A stretch of 23,173 bases of DNA, from NCBI GenBank assembly GCA_031263495.1, contig JAISFQ010000100.1, positions 1 to 23,173 of the forward strand, given 5' to 3'. The translations under genes were made by a program, and so were the position numbers. The stretch comes from Candidatus Nutricula glyptotermitis (GTDB lineage Bacteria; Actinomycetota; Actinomycetes; Actinomycetales; Bifidobacteriaceae). The notes under the pieces were generated by a model. That model saw only the letters and a list, made by a program, of their open reading frames with translations, had not been told where the DNA came from and ran no database searches. Shown piece by piece: positions 1 to 9,118 of this stretch. How positions within the stretch are numbered: the stretch's first letter is position 1; each line of letters starts with the position of its first letter.

Positions 1-121
1 AGAGACTCTCTATAAAACTAAAAACAAGTCCCATGAAGTATAGAGAATCAATTAATGCTACACTTATAAGTGAGGTAGCATGATGGTAAAATCAAAAACG
101 TGCCACATTTTGTCTGCACCG

Positions 122-149
122 CCTTACTAATTACTCCTTACTCATTAAT
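122..149 (+). repeat. Four tandem heptamers (ccttact aattact ccttact cattaat) about 28 nt upstream of the rpe start. Same family as the arrays at 8950-9048 and 23073-23173.
   Basis: Read directly from the sequence. The heptamer consensus C(A/C)TTACT is shared with the other two arrays. Confidence 0.6.
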
Positions 150-176
150 TTGTGCTACAATTAATACTGTAAGATT

Positions 177-839
177 ATGAAAAGAGAAGTATTGATTGCA
201 CCGAGCATATTGTCGGCGGACTTTGCGAATTTAGGGCAGGCAGTCGAATCGGTTTCACGCGCCGATTTGTTGCACTTTGACGCGATTGATGGGCATTTTG
301 CACCGAATTTGACGTTTGGGTTGCCTGTCGCGAAGCGTTTGGCTGAGATTTCGCCGATACCACTTGACGTGCATTTGATGATTGAAAACCCTGACAGATG
401 GGCTGTGGACTATGCGTTTGACAACGTAGAATCTGTAACATTTCATTATGGAGCAGTTCAAGCGCCGATTCGGTTGGCGAAAAGACTTCGTGACTTAGGC
501 GTTAAGGCATGCTTGGCAGTTCGACCACATGAAGGAATCGAGCCGATTTTGGACATTATCCAAGAGTTCGACATGATTTTGGTCATGACTGTCGAACCGG
601 GGTTTTCGGGGCAAAAGTTTATAGACACGCAATACAGAAAAATCCGTGCGTTAAGAAACGCTGCAAATACCATTAATCACCACCTCAAGATACAAGTCGA
701 TGGTGGTGTATCGAAAGACAATATTGCTGCTCTATATAATGCAGGGGCTGATGTGTTCGTGGCTGGTAATGCTGTATTTCTCGCGGATAATCCAAACGAT
801 GAGGTAGCCAAGTTGCGCGAAATTGCTGTAAAGTACTAG
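177..839 (+). CDS. rpe: Ribulose-phosphate 3-epimerase
   Basis: 220-aa ORF. The N-terminus LIAPSILSADFANLG, the motif HLDVMDG-like (HFDAIDGHFAPNLTFG) and the C-terminal VDGGV...AGADVFVAGNAVF are hallmark RPE (TIM-barrel) motifs. Confidence 0.9.
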   Translation: MKREVLIAPSILSADFANLGQAVESVSRADLLHFDAIDGHFAPNLTFGLPVAKRLAEISPIPLDVHLMIENPDRWAVDYAFDNVESVTFHYGAVQAPIRLAKRLRDLGVKACLAVRPHEGIEPILDIIQEFDMILVMTVEPGFSGQKFIDTQYRKIRALRNAANTINHHLKIQVDGGVSKDNIAALYNAGADVFVAGNAVFLADNPNDEVAKLREIAVKY

Positions 840-944
840 TGCGTAAAAACATGCGAATTAGTTTTCAGCAAAATCTCAGTTAGAAGTATGCTATACTTAT
901 TATAGATAACTTGATGTAACATGGCTAATAGTAAGGAGGGGAAA

Positions 945-1259
945 ATGCAGATTGAATTCTTTGCAAGAAACACCAAGTTGTCCACGCTGTTTAAGGACAG
1001 AGTAGTGGAGAAATTGTCTAAGTTTGACAAAATTGAGGCGCTCGATTCGATAAAGGTTGAGCTCGAATATTTTTCAAACCCATCGATTCAGCAACATTCG
1101 ATGAAAGTGGAATTGACGGCACCGATTAAGGGCGAGTTGCTTCGCGCGGAAGCGTCTGAGGCGAACGAGTTTAAGGCTCTTGATACGGTAATCGGTAAGT
1201 TTTCAGAACGGTTGCGTCGTGAACTCGACAAGCAGAAATCTAAGAATTCGGGCAGGTAG
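945..1259 (+). CDS. hpf: Ribosome hibernation-promoting factor / RaiA family, short form (about 104 aa). An alternative upstream ATG at 921 would give 112 aa.
   Basis: MQIEFFARNTKLSTLFKDRVVEKL...VELEY matches the YfiA/HPF fold signature. A strong SD (AAGGAGG, 930-936) sits 8 nt before the ATG at 945, so 945 is preferred over the track start at 921. Position immediately upstream of secA, as in the yvyD-secA arrangement. Confidence 0.8.
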   Translation: MQIEFFARNTKLSTLFKDRVVEKLSKFDKIEALDSIKVELEYFSNPSIQQHSMKVELTAPIKGELLRAEASEANEFKALDTVIGKFSERLRRELDKQKSKNSGR

Positions 1260-1290
1260 TGTAGCGAATTTGTGAAAAGCGATAAATATT

Positions 1291-4206
1291 ATGTCATTCT
1301 TAGATAAAATACTGCGCGCTGGCGAAGGTAAGGAACTTCGCAGGCTCGAGGATTATGCAAACCAAATAAATGCGCTTGAGCAGGACTTTGAGCGCATGGC
1401 TGATGAGGAACTTCGTGGGTCGACTGCGAGTTTCAGGGAAAGAGTTGAGAACGGTGAGGAACTTGATTCCTTGCTACCTGAAGCATTCGCAGCGGTTCGC
1501 GAAGCGTCGAAGAGAACGCTTGGTCAGAGGCACTTTGACGTCCAGTTGATGGGAGGTGCTGCGCTTCATCGCGGTAACATTGCCGAAATGAAAACTGGCG
1601 AGGGCAAGACACTTGTCGCGACTTTGCCTGCGTATTTGAACTCGCTTTCGGGCGATGGCGTGCATATTGTTACAGTTAACGATTATTTGGCGTCGTATCA
1701 GAGCGAACTCATGGGCAGGGTGTTTAGGTTTTTGAACACATCGGTCGGTTGCGTATTGACGAATCAGAAGAGTTTTGGGCGCAAGAAACAGTATGACGCT
1801 GATATTACTTATGGCACGAACAACGAGTTCGGCTTCGATTATCTGCGCGACAACATGGCGTGGGAAAAGGCAGATTTGGTGCAACGCGTCCACAATTTCG
1901 CGATTATCGACGAGGTGGACTCCATCTTAATCGACGAAGCGAGAACGCCACTTATCATTTCCGGACCTGCGATGGGCGAGGCGAACAAGTGGTACGTAGA
2001 ATTTGCGAAAATCGTGCGCAATTTGGAACGCGATGTGGACTATGAGATTGACGAGAAAAAGAAAACGGCAGGCATTTTGGAGCACGGAGTTGAGGAAGTG
2101 GAAAGAATGCTTGGCGTCAGTAATTTATACGAATCGCTTAACACACCGCTGATTGGCTATCTGAACAACGCAATTCGCGCGAAGGAACTTTTTGACTTGG
2201 ACGATGATTATATCGTGCGCAACGGCGAAGTGCTCATAGTCGACGAGCACACTGGGCGCGTTTTGGATGGTAGGCGATATTCTGAAGGCATGCATCAGGC
2301 GATTGAAGCGAAGGAAGGCGTAAAGATTAAGGCGGAAAACCAAACTTATGCCACCATAACGCTACAAAATTACTTCCGCATGTATAATAAACTGTCCGGC
2401 ATGACAGGCACGGCGGAAACGGAGGCTGGCGAGTTTATGTCGACCTACAACTTGGGCGTGATTCCGATTCCGACCAATAAACCGATGATTCGCGACGACA
2501 AAATCGACGTCGTTTACCGCACTGAGATTGCTAAGTTTAACGCGGTTGCAGATGATATTGAAGAGCGCAAGAACAAGGGTCAGCCAGTTTTGGTCGGCAC
2601 TGTGAGCGTCGAAAAATCTGAGTATTTGTCAAAGTTACTGCGTGAGCGCGGAGTTGAGCACAACGTTTTGAACGCGAAACAGCATGCACGTGAAGCGGCA
2701 GTCGTTGCGTTAGCAGGCAAAAAAGGCATGGTCACGGTCGCGACGAACATGGCTGGGCGCGGAACGGACATTATGCTTGGCGGTAACGCGGAGTTTTTGA
2801 CGCAGGAACGGCTGAAAGCGAAAGGTTTGGACCCAGAAGAGAACTCTGAGGAATACGAAAAGGCGTGGGGCGTTACTCTCGACGAAGTGCGCAAAGAAGT
2901 CGCTGCTGAGCACGATGAAGTTAGCGAACTCGGCGGACTTTATGTCTTGGGTACAGAACGCCACGAATCTCGCCGCATTGACAATCAGTTACGCGGTCGC
3001 TCGGGCAGGCAAGGTGACCCTGGTGAATCGCGCTTTTATATATCGCTCGACGACGATTTAATGCGTTTATTTAATACGGCGTTTGCGGAAAAAATGCTTT
3101 CAATGATCGACGCACCTGACGATATGCCGATCGAATACAAGACTATGTCTAAGAGCATTAGGCGTGCTCAGGCGCAGATTGAAGCGCGTAACTTTGAGAT
3201 TCGCAAGAACGTGCTTAAATATGACGAAGTTATGAACAACCAGCGCACAGTGATGTATCGCGAACGTGGCAGAGTTTTGCAAGGCGAGGACTTATACGAC
3301 CAAATTCAGCGCATGATTGATGGCGTTTTATCAGACACAGTTACAGTTGCGACGCTCGAAGGTAGCCCTGAAGAATGGAACTTGGACGCACTTTGGACGG
3401 AACTTCAAAATATCGCACCGATTACAGTCACAGCGGGCGATCTTATTGAAAAAGTTGGGATTATCGGCAGTTTAGCGCCTGATGATATAATCGACGCAGT
3501 TCTTGAAAATGCGCATGCGATTTACGACGAGCGCGAAGAAATGGTCGGCACTGAACAGATGCGCGATTTGGAGCGAAAAGTTCTACTTTCCGTGCTTGAC
3601 AGGAAGTGGCGCGAGCATTTGTATGCGATGGATTACCTGAAAGAAGGCATCGGACTTCGTGCAATGGCGCAAAAAGATCCGCTGGTCGAATACACTACCG
3701 AAGGTTCGCGCATGTTCAACGACATGAACGAAGCGATTCGCTTGGACACCGTCCGCACGCTGTTCAACATACAAATCAGGCGCGTCGAACCGACTGACGA
3801 ATCTGAATCTGAGACCGCAGAAATTGGCATTACCGAAGAAGCGCGTCAAAATGTTGACCTGCAATACAGCGCACCCGACGAAACCGCAGCCTCTGGTTCC
3901 CCGCTTGACAGTTTCCGCGAGGAAGCAGCACAAAACAACGCACAAGACCAGCAATCAGGCGAAAATGCACCTCAAAATCAGCAAACCACTCCCCCAAAGC
4001 CAGCAGTTCGTGAAGCAGAAAAACCTTGGTCTGATGGCAGAACTTTCCCTGGCACACCTAAAAACGCCGATTGCCCTTGTGGCTCTGGCAGAAAGTATAA
4101 ACTGTGCCATGGACAGAACGAAAAGAGTGCTGGAAATGGGAATGTTAACCATAAGAATGGCAAGTCTTCGAACAAAAAAGGCGGAAAGAAAAAGAAGAAA
4201 CGTTAA
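1291..4206 (+). CDS. secA: Preprotein translocase ATPase SecA. Has a C-terminal Q/N-rich linker, a zinc-binding motif ([14 protein letters not shown]) and a polylysine tail.
   Basis: 971 aa. Walker [13 protein letters not shown]-like DEVD, Walker B and helicase motifs, and a SecA signature throughout. The C-terminal CXCXSG(X8)CH zinc finger is canonical. Confidence 0.97.
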   Translation: MSFLDKILRAGEGKELRRLEDYANQINALEQDFERMADEELRGSTASFRERVENGEELDSLLPEAFAAVREASKRTLGQRHFDVQLMGGAALHRGNIAEMKTGEGKTLVATLPAYLNSLSGDGVHIVTVNDYLASYQSELMGRVFRFLNTSVGCVLTNQKSFGRKKQYDADITYGTNNEFGFDYLRDNMAWEKADLVQRVHNFAIIDEVDSILIDEARTPLIISGPAMGEANKWYVEFAKIVRNLERDVDYEIDEKKKTAGILEHGVEEVERMLGVSNLYESLNTPLIGYLNNAIRAKELFDLDDDYIVRNGEVLIVDEHTGRVLDGRRYSEGMHQAIEAKEGVKIKAENQTYATITLQNYFRMYNKLSGMTGTAETEAGEFMSTYNLGVIPIPTNKPMIRDDKIDVVYRTEIAKFNAVADDIEERKNKGQPVLVGTVSVEKSEYLSKLLRERGVEHNVLNAKQHAREAAVVALAGKKGMVTVATNMAGRGTDIMLGGNAEFLTQERLKAKGLDPEENSEEYEKAWGVTLDEVRKEVAAEHDEVSELGGLYVLGTERHESRRIDNQLRGRSGRQGDPGESRFYISLDDDLMRLFNTAFAEKMLSMIDAPDDMPIEYKTMSKSIRRAQAQIEARNFEIRKNVLKYDEVMNNQRTVMYRERGRVLQGEDLYDQIQRMIDGVLSDTVTVATLEGSPEEWNLDALWTELQNIAPITVTAGDLIEKVGIIGSLAPDDIIDAVLENAHAIYDEREEMVGTEQMRDLERKVLLSVLDRKWREHLYAMDYLKEGIGLRAMAQKDPLVEYTTEGSRMFNDMNEAIRLDTVRTLFNIQIRRVEPTDESESETAEIGITEEARQNVDLQYSAPDETAASGSPLDSFREEAAQNNAQDQQSGENAPQNQQTTPPKPAVREAEKPWSDGRTFPGTPKNADCPCGSGRKYKLCHGQNEKSAGNGNVNHKNGKSSNKKGGKKKKKR

Positions 4207-4235
4207 AAAACGGCATTGCGCTTTCGCTCATACTC

Positions 4236-4480
4236 CACCTCAGAATTCCGCACTACCCCACCTCAGAACCCCGCACAACTCCACCTCAGAATTCCGCACG
4301 TAGATGCGGAATCTTAATTAAAGTATTGCGTAGCAATGCGATCAAACGGCATTCGCCTAACGGCTCATACGATTCTTAAGATTCCGCATCACGCTCGCTA
4401 TCGCTCACGGTGCGGAATTCAGAAATGAAGTACTGCGTGGCATTAAGAGTACCCCCTTGTCATCCCGCGCGAGGCACCTT
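4236..4480 (+). repeat. Partial copy (head portion) of the composite modular intergenic repeat. It has three 22-nt tandem units 'actccacctcagaa(tt/cc)ccgcac', then an 88-bp MITE-like palindromic element (4303-4390) with 15-bp TIRs GATGCGGAATCTTAA, then 'ggtgcggaattcagaaatgaagtactgcgtggcattaagagtacccccttgtcatccc'.
   Basis: Direct sequence comparison with 13871-14836 (same orientation) and 8480-8760 (reverse complement). Confidence 0.8.
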
Positions 4481-4558
4481 TTATCGGTCCAACCCCCACT
4501 TACGCACGAATTTTTCAAACCTTCCCCACGCGCACTCAATTCATGCCAAACTTAATGT

Positions 4559-5464
4559 ATGGGAAAAATAACAGACACATTTATGACGCTTTCGCGCGAA
4601 TCGCAAGGCGTGGAAAACGATTATTTCACTGACTTTTATCAAGAACCAGACAGTGAGAAGGCAAAAGTCGCAGTAAATATTGATGACACTGCCGATTTTG
4701 ACTTAGGCGAACTGCAAGATTACGCAAGTTCACGCGCCAAAACTGCTACGCTTAGTGAAACAGTGCCAAAACCTGCGGTGATGGAAATTGCAGAAACAGT
4801 GCAGCCAGTAGCAACACCTGAGCCTGCTCCGCCGAAGATTACGCGCCAAGATATAGAAAGCATCATCAATTACGACGGCGATTCAGACGATTGTGATGAC
4901 GAGAGCGACAATCCGCTTCCATTACTCGCAGTGCGCGGATTAAAAGGGCAGTTAGAGAAAAACAGCAAAGTGCAGGAAAAACGCACTTTAATCACTACGA
5001 AAACCATCATTCCGATTTGCCTTGCGATAAGCGCAGTAATGTGTGGCAGTGTTTTATTGTTCGAAACTTCGTTCAACGCAGGCAACCAAAGTGTGCAAAT
5101 TGCGAGTTCAGAGGGCAATAATGCAGGTAGTGCAAGCACAGAAAGCGCGGCTGCACCTGAAACGCCAGTAGTTACTGAAAATAGCGAAGCAACTGCGCCC
5201 GAAACTTCCACCGAAACGCCTGCAAAACCCGCAGAAACGAAGGAAAATGCCACTAAAACATCCGCTTGCAATGGAAAAGTCAACTTAAACACCGCAACCG
5301 CGAGTGAACTGCAAGAATTGAAAGGTGTGGGACCCAGTACTGCGGAAAAAATCGTCGCATACAGGACGGAAAATGCAGGTTTTGCGTCGATTGAAGACTT
5401 GATGAACGTTACTGGTATTGGCGAGAAAAAGTACGAATCGGTAAAGGACTCAATTTGCACATAA
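4559..5464 (+). CDS. comEA: Competence protein ComEA (DNA receptor, helix-hairpin-helix). Has a long acidic N-terminal region, one TM segment and a T/S/E/A-rich linker.
   Basis: The C-terminal NLNTATASELQELKGVGPSTAEKIVAYRTENAGFASIEDLMNVTGIGEKKYESV is the classic ComEA tandem HhH motif. Hydrophobic segment IIPICLAISAVMCGSVLLF. Located immediately upstream of comEC. The start codon is uncertain. Confidence 0.85.
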   Translation: MGKITDTFMTLSRESQGVENDYFTDFYQEPDSEKAKVAVNIDDTADFDLGELQDYASSRAKTATLSETVPKPAVMEIAETVQPVATPEPAPPKITRQDIESIINYDGDSDDCDDESDNPLPLLAVRGLKGQLEKNSKVQEKRTLITTKTIIPICLAISAVMCGSVLLFETSFNAGNQSVQIASSEGNNAGSASTESAAAPETPVVTENSEATAPETSTETPAKPAETKENATKTSACNGKVNLNTATASELQELKGVGPSTAEKIVAYRTENAGFASIEDLMNVTGIGEKKYESVKDSICT

Positions 5465-5541
5465 TATGGTATTTTGGGGTCAGACTGTGGTTTCTGAAAC
5501 TCGTCAACAGACGGCGCAGGCAATTTGACAGGGGTGGTTAA

Positions 5542-8022
5542 ATGATAAAAGATTACAGATTGCTCACTTTGGCGCTATGTGTGTGGCTCGGCGGATTGTG
5601 CACATTCTTTATGCCCAGTTTACTGACTGTTTTACTGATGTTCGGCGTGTCGATGGGGCTGTTGTTACTGATGCTATTCTTAAAACAGTTCGCAGATTAC
5701 AGCATAAAAGACAAGCTTGCAACGTTTTTATGCATAATTATGGCGTTCGCGTTCAGTTTCATAATCACAAGTTACGTAGGCTTCGCGTTCCACCCAGATG
5801 TCAGTGCAAAAATTGGCAAAACAGTCACGGTAACAGGCACAATATCGTCAAATTCAAGTTCAAACGTCGATTTGCAAGGCGATGTTAAATGCTCGGCAGT
5901 AGTCGAATTGTCAAGTTTGAGAGAAGGCAGAATCGAAACGAATGCGCACTTTTTCATACGCGTGTTTTCGGACGATTCGATGTGCAAATACCAGTTCGGA
6001 GAGACAATTTCGGCACGCGGAAAAGTTACAGAACCGCTTTCGTTCTCAAAGGAAGCATTTTGGATGAACAACGCGAGCGTTACAAAAATCGGCGATGCAC
6101 CAGCCATCGAGCAGTTTTTCAACGACATGAAGGCACGCACAGTCGTCGCGACCGAGTCGATCGAGAACAAAGACGCGCTCGGCTTGATGTTCGGAATGTC
6201 GTTCGGCGACAAGCAATACATGTCCAAAACTTTGATTACGAACACCGCAAACTCGTCACTTTCGCACCTGACAGCGGTTTCAGGCACGCATTTGGTCATA
6301 CTAATCGCGGTTATACAGGCGTTTTTATTCGCACTCAGACTGCCAAACTTCGTGATTGTAGTGTTGCAAATTGTCATAATATCGTTCTTTACCATGTTTG
6401 TGCACAGCGTCGATTCCATAATGCGAGCAGCGTTTATGAGCATTGCGGGTTTGTTGTCAATCTTTTTCAAGCGACCGTCCAACGCAATTTCCGCACTCTC
6501 AGCAGGCATAATCGCGTTAATCTTGCTTGACCCATTTCGCGCGATTTCGTATGGATTTATACTTTCGTGTCTCGCAACTTTCGCAATCATAGTGTTCAGC
6601 GGCAAAATGGCAGAGAAATTGGAACGCGTTTTGGCCGAAAGTTTGGGCAAAATTGTGGCGATTCCGTTAGTCGCAACTATATTCTCAAGCCCGATAATTT
6701 ACCTGATGAATGGGCAGATTCAGTTACTCGGCGTGATTTCAAACATTCTCGTTTCGCCATTCGTTTCGGGCGCGACGATTTTCGGCATATTGAGCACTGT
6801 AACGTCATTTATCCCATCTCTCAGCGCAGTTTTGGGTTACATTGGCGCATTTTTCTCAAACTTTATCGTTGTTATCGCGAACGCAGTCGGCGAAATGCCA
6901 TTTGCAGCACCGATGTGGTTACCGTTTTTACCACTGCCAATAGGCTTTATGCTGATGATTGCGATGTTTGTCATAATGTACAACTTCAATCGCATATATA
7001 GGTTCATGTTCAAAAAAGTTACGGGTTACGAGGCGAGTGAGGCGAACAATTTGACCACGAAAGCGAAGCGCAAGTTCGCGAAGTTTACGCATAAATATAA
7101 GGAAATGTTTGCACTACAACCCGCAATCGTGATTTTCGCAGTTGTCATACTGATTTTGCCCATTACTGGCATTACTGCGTATTCCGTCCAGAACACAGGC
7201 AGCGTTCCGAAAACATGGATGATCGGCGCGTGCAAAGTCGGTCAGGGCGACGCAAATTTGATACGTACAGGTGCAAATAGTGCGATTTTGGTCGACACTG
7301 GACCTGACCTGGACCTGCTCACAGATTGCATGGACGCATTCGCAATCCACAACATCGATTTACTCGTCCTTACGCACTTTCACTCGGATCACGTCGCAGG
7401 CACTCGCGCTTTACTTGATAAACTACCAGTTAAACAGGCACTTGTTTCCCCTGTGCAAGCGTCCAGTAATGAAGTTAAAGATAATCTCACTGCATTGGAC
7501 GCGAAAAACATCCCGTACCACATCGCAGAAGCGGGCGAAACTGCAACAATTCAGTCAGGCGATTTCAATGTAAAGTGGGAAGTTCTACAAAGTAAAACCG
7601 CAGGTGACGTGACCAAAATGAGTGCCGCGAAACTTGACGACGCGGAAAACAATTCAAGCATTGCGTTATTTATCGAAGCAACTGACAGATTCGGCGGCAC
7701 AGAACAAAAACTTACAGAAATATTGCTTGGCGATTTGGAAAGTACAGGTCAAAGTTCCCTGCTCGGCGCGATTAAAGGTAACGCAAAGTACGCAAATGTC
7801 GACGTTCTGAAAGTCGCACATCATGGTTCAAAAACGCAAAATAAGGATCTCGCAAAGTTTCTCGCGCCAAAAGTTGCCATATATGATGTCGGCAAAAATA
7901 CATTCGGTCACCCAAACCCCACGACAGTCGAACTGTTTGAAAGCCTTGGTGCGGTTTCGCTCGACACGTTTTCATCAAATGTCGGAGTTTATGCGGGGGA
8001 TGGGTTGGTGGGGTTTAGATGA
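5542..8022 (+). CDS. comEC: DNA internalization competence protein ComEC/Rec2 (polytopic membrane competence domain plus C-terminal metallo-beta-lactamase domain)
   Basis: 826 aa with many TM helices. MBL motif LTHFHSDHVAG (HxHxDH) and a later AHHGS. SD GGGGTGG lies before the ATG at 5542. Gene order comEA-comEC. Confidence 0.9.
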   Translation: MIKDYRLLTLALCVWLGGLCTFFMPSLLTVLLMFGVSMGLLLLMLFLKQFADYSIKDKLATFLCIIMAFAFSFIITSYVGFAFHPDVSAKIGKTVTVTGTISSNSSSNVDLQGDVKCSAVVELSSLREGRIETNAHFFIRVFSDDSMCKYQFGETISARGKVTEPLSFSKEAFWMNNASVTKIGDAPAIEQFFNDMKARTVVATESIENKDALGLMFGMSFGDKQYMSKTLITNTANSSLSHLTAVSGTHLVILIAVIQAFLFALRLPNFVIVVLQIVIISFFTMFVHSVDSIMRAAFMSIAGLLSIFFKRPSNAISALSAGIIALILLDPFRAISYGFILSCLATFAIIVFSGKMAEKLERVLAESLGKIVAIPLVATIFSSPIIYLMNGQIQLLGVISNILVSPFVSGATIFGILSTVTSFIPSLSAVLGYIGAFFSNFIVVIANAVGEMPFAAPMWLPFLPLPIGFMLMIAMFVIMYNFNRIYRFMFKKVTGYEASEANNLTTKAKRKFAKFTHKYKEMFALQPAIVIFAVVILILPITGITAYSVQNTGSVPKTWMIGACKVGQGDANLIRTGANSAILVDTGPDLDLLTDCMDAFAIHNIDLLVLTHFHSDHVAGTRALLDKLPVKQALVSPVQASSNEVKDNLTALDAKNIPYHIAEAGETATIQSGDFNVKWEVLQSKTAGDVTKMSAAKLDDAENNSSIALFIEATDRFGGTEQKLTEILLGDLESTGQSSLLGAIKGNAKYANVDVLKVAHHGSKTQNKDLAKFLAPKVAIYDVGKNTFGHPNPTTVELFESLGAVSLDTFSSNVGVYAGDGLVGFR

Positions 8023-8292
8023 TGAATAATTCTTGCGTGTCATCCCCAGGTGCGCTACGCGCACCGTCTGGGAATCTGACTCCAACGTGTAAGCAACATA
8101 CACTTTTCAAAAGTAAGATTCCCAAACGCTCACTCATTATCACTCGTTCGTTGGGGATGACAAGAATCGGAATTCATTTCATTCATGCTCTGATTGCTCG
8201 CTTCGCTCGCAAGAATCGGAATTCGCTATCGCTCATACTCTTACAGCGCTGGCGTATGGTTTCGCCTACGGCGCAACAATACTTGCGCATTG

Positions 8293-8452
8293 CTTGGATT
8301 TTTCAATGTGAAAAATCCAAGCCTCTGCTGTAAAGCTGCTTTTGGGCTGGGAGTTGCTCTGCTTAAGAGCGGCTTGGCTTGCCATAGGCAAGCCAAGCCT
8401 TAGCGCAACACACACAACAACAAGCGAAAAGCGAAGTTGTTTTGTGTGTTGC
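8293..8452. repeat. Cluster of three perfect hairpins. H1 is 8293-8321 (11-bp stem, cttggattttt/aaaaatccaag). H2 is 8371-8399 (13-bp stem, ggcttggcttgcc-ata-ggcaagccaagcc). H3 is 8405-8452 (17-bp stem with one bulge, gcaacacacacaacaac / gttgttttgtgtgttgc).
   Basis: The inverted repeats were read directly. No flanking U-runs, so these are not canonical intrinsic terminators. Confidence 0.7.
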
Positions 8453-8479
8453 GAGGTAAAAGTGTGAGCGTGAGCGAAC

Positions 8480-8760
8480 TCCGTTTTGTACGTAGCGAGG
8501 AGTACTCTATAATGCCACGCAGTACTTCATTTCTGAATCCCGCACCGCGAAACGAAGTGTAGCGTGATGCGGAATCTTAATTAAAAGTATGAGCCGTCAG
8601 GCGAATGCATTTATTGGTGTTCGCATACGCTCACACTAGTTTTAAGATTCCAGAGGGTCGGACGCTCCTCGCGTCCTCCTACACAGAATTCAGAGTGGTG
8701 GAGTAGTGCGGGGTTCTGAGTACCCCCTTGTCATCTAGCAAGCGAATGCGATGCGGGATC
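8480..8760 (-). repeat. Reverse-orientation partial copy of the composite modular repeat, including the MITE-like palindromic element at 8566-8651.
   Basis: The reverse complement of 8507-8540 matches 'cggtgcggaattcagaaatgaagtactgcgtggcatta' at 4411-4448. 8566-8651 begins with 'gatgcggaatcttaa' and ends with 'ttaagattcc'. Confidence 0.75.
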
Positions 8761-8848
8761 TGCATCACCCAAGAATGTACGTCACCTTCTAGAAACCAGA
8801 TCCCGTGTCGCGCACTACCGTGCGCTACCTAGATGACAAGTAAGGTGA
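8736..8848. repeat. Inverted pair of the ~40-bp 'cttgtcatctag...gggatctg' element (R2). The arms at 8736-8771 and 8802-8844 flank a ~30-nt core, a miniature palindromic element.
   Basis: The reverse complement of 8802-8844 is 'cttgtcatctaggtagcgcacggtagtgcgcgacacgggatctg', which matches 13800-13848 and 14822-14870. Confidence 0.7.
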
Positions 8849-8949
8849 AGTGCACCATGCGCGCGGTAGCAATGCACAAGTCAGAGGGCGCGGAGCGCAC
8901 GCTGACGCAGTGCTATTGGAGTATGAGCGAAAGCGAATTCCGATTCCTA

Positions 8950-9048
8950 ATTATTAACTATTAACTATTCATTATTAACTAACCGCATTACTCATTACTC
9001 ATTACTCATTACTCATTACTCATTACTCATTATTCCTTACTCATTAAC
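8950..9048 (+). repeat. Heptanucleotide microsatellite array. About 5 attaact-type units are followed by 6 perfect CATTACT units (8986-9027) and variants (cattatt, ccttact, cattaac). It ends ~20 nt upstream of the -35 of the operon promoter.
   Basis: Counted unit by unit in the sequence. Confidence 0.9.
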
Positions 9049-9068
9049 TTTCCCCTGCTAACAGCCCC

Positions 9069-9098
9069 TTGACACGCGTTCCGAAAACGTGCTACTAT
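9069..9098 (+). promoter_or_regulatory. Sigma-70/SigA-type promoter: TTGACA (9069-9074), an 18-nt spacer, then TACTAT (9093-9098). It drives the SPFH-TIR operon.
   Basis: Near-consensus hexamers. An AGGA SD lies 7 nt before the ATG at 9119. Confidence 0.55.
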
Positions 9099-9118
9099 AT
9101 TAACTGACAGGATAAAAT

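Noticed and set aside
4870-5523. 217-aa antisense ORF opposite comEA
   Set aside because: It lies entirely within the well-supported comEA frame. Its composition mirrors the T/S/A-rich linker read backwards, with no start context. A six-frame artefact.
5577-7001. Multiple 100-290-aa ORFs overlapping comEC on both strands
   Set aside because: All lie inside the long comEC frame, which has a clear polytopic and MBL signature. They have no independent support.
8019-8403. ORFs of 104 aa and 69 aa downstream of comEC
   Set aside because: They overlap the hairpin cluster and the repeat modules. They have basic, low-complexity composition and no RBS.
8371-8452. Hairpins H2 and H3 as rho-independent terminators for comEC
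   Set aside because: They lie 350 nt past the comEC stop, and no U-tract follows on either strand.
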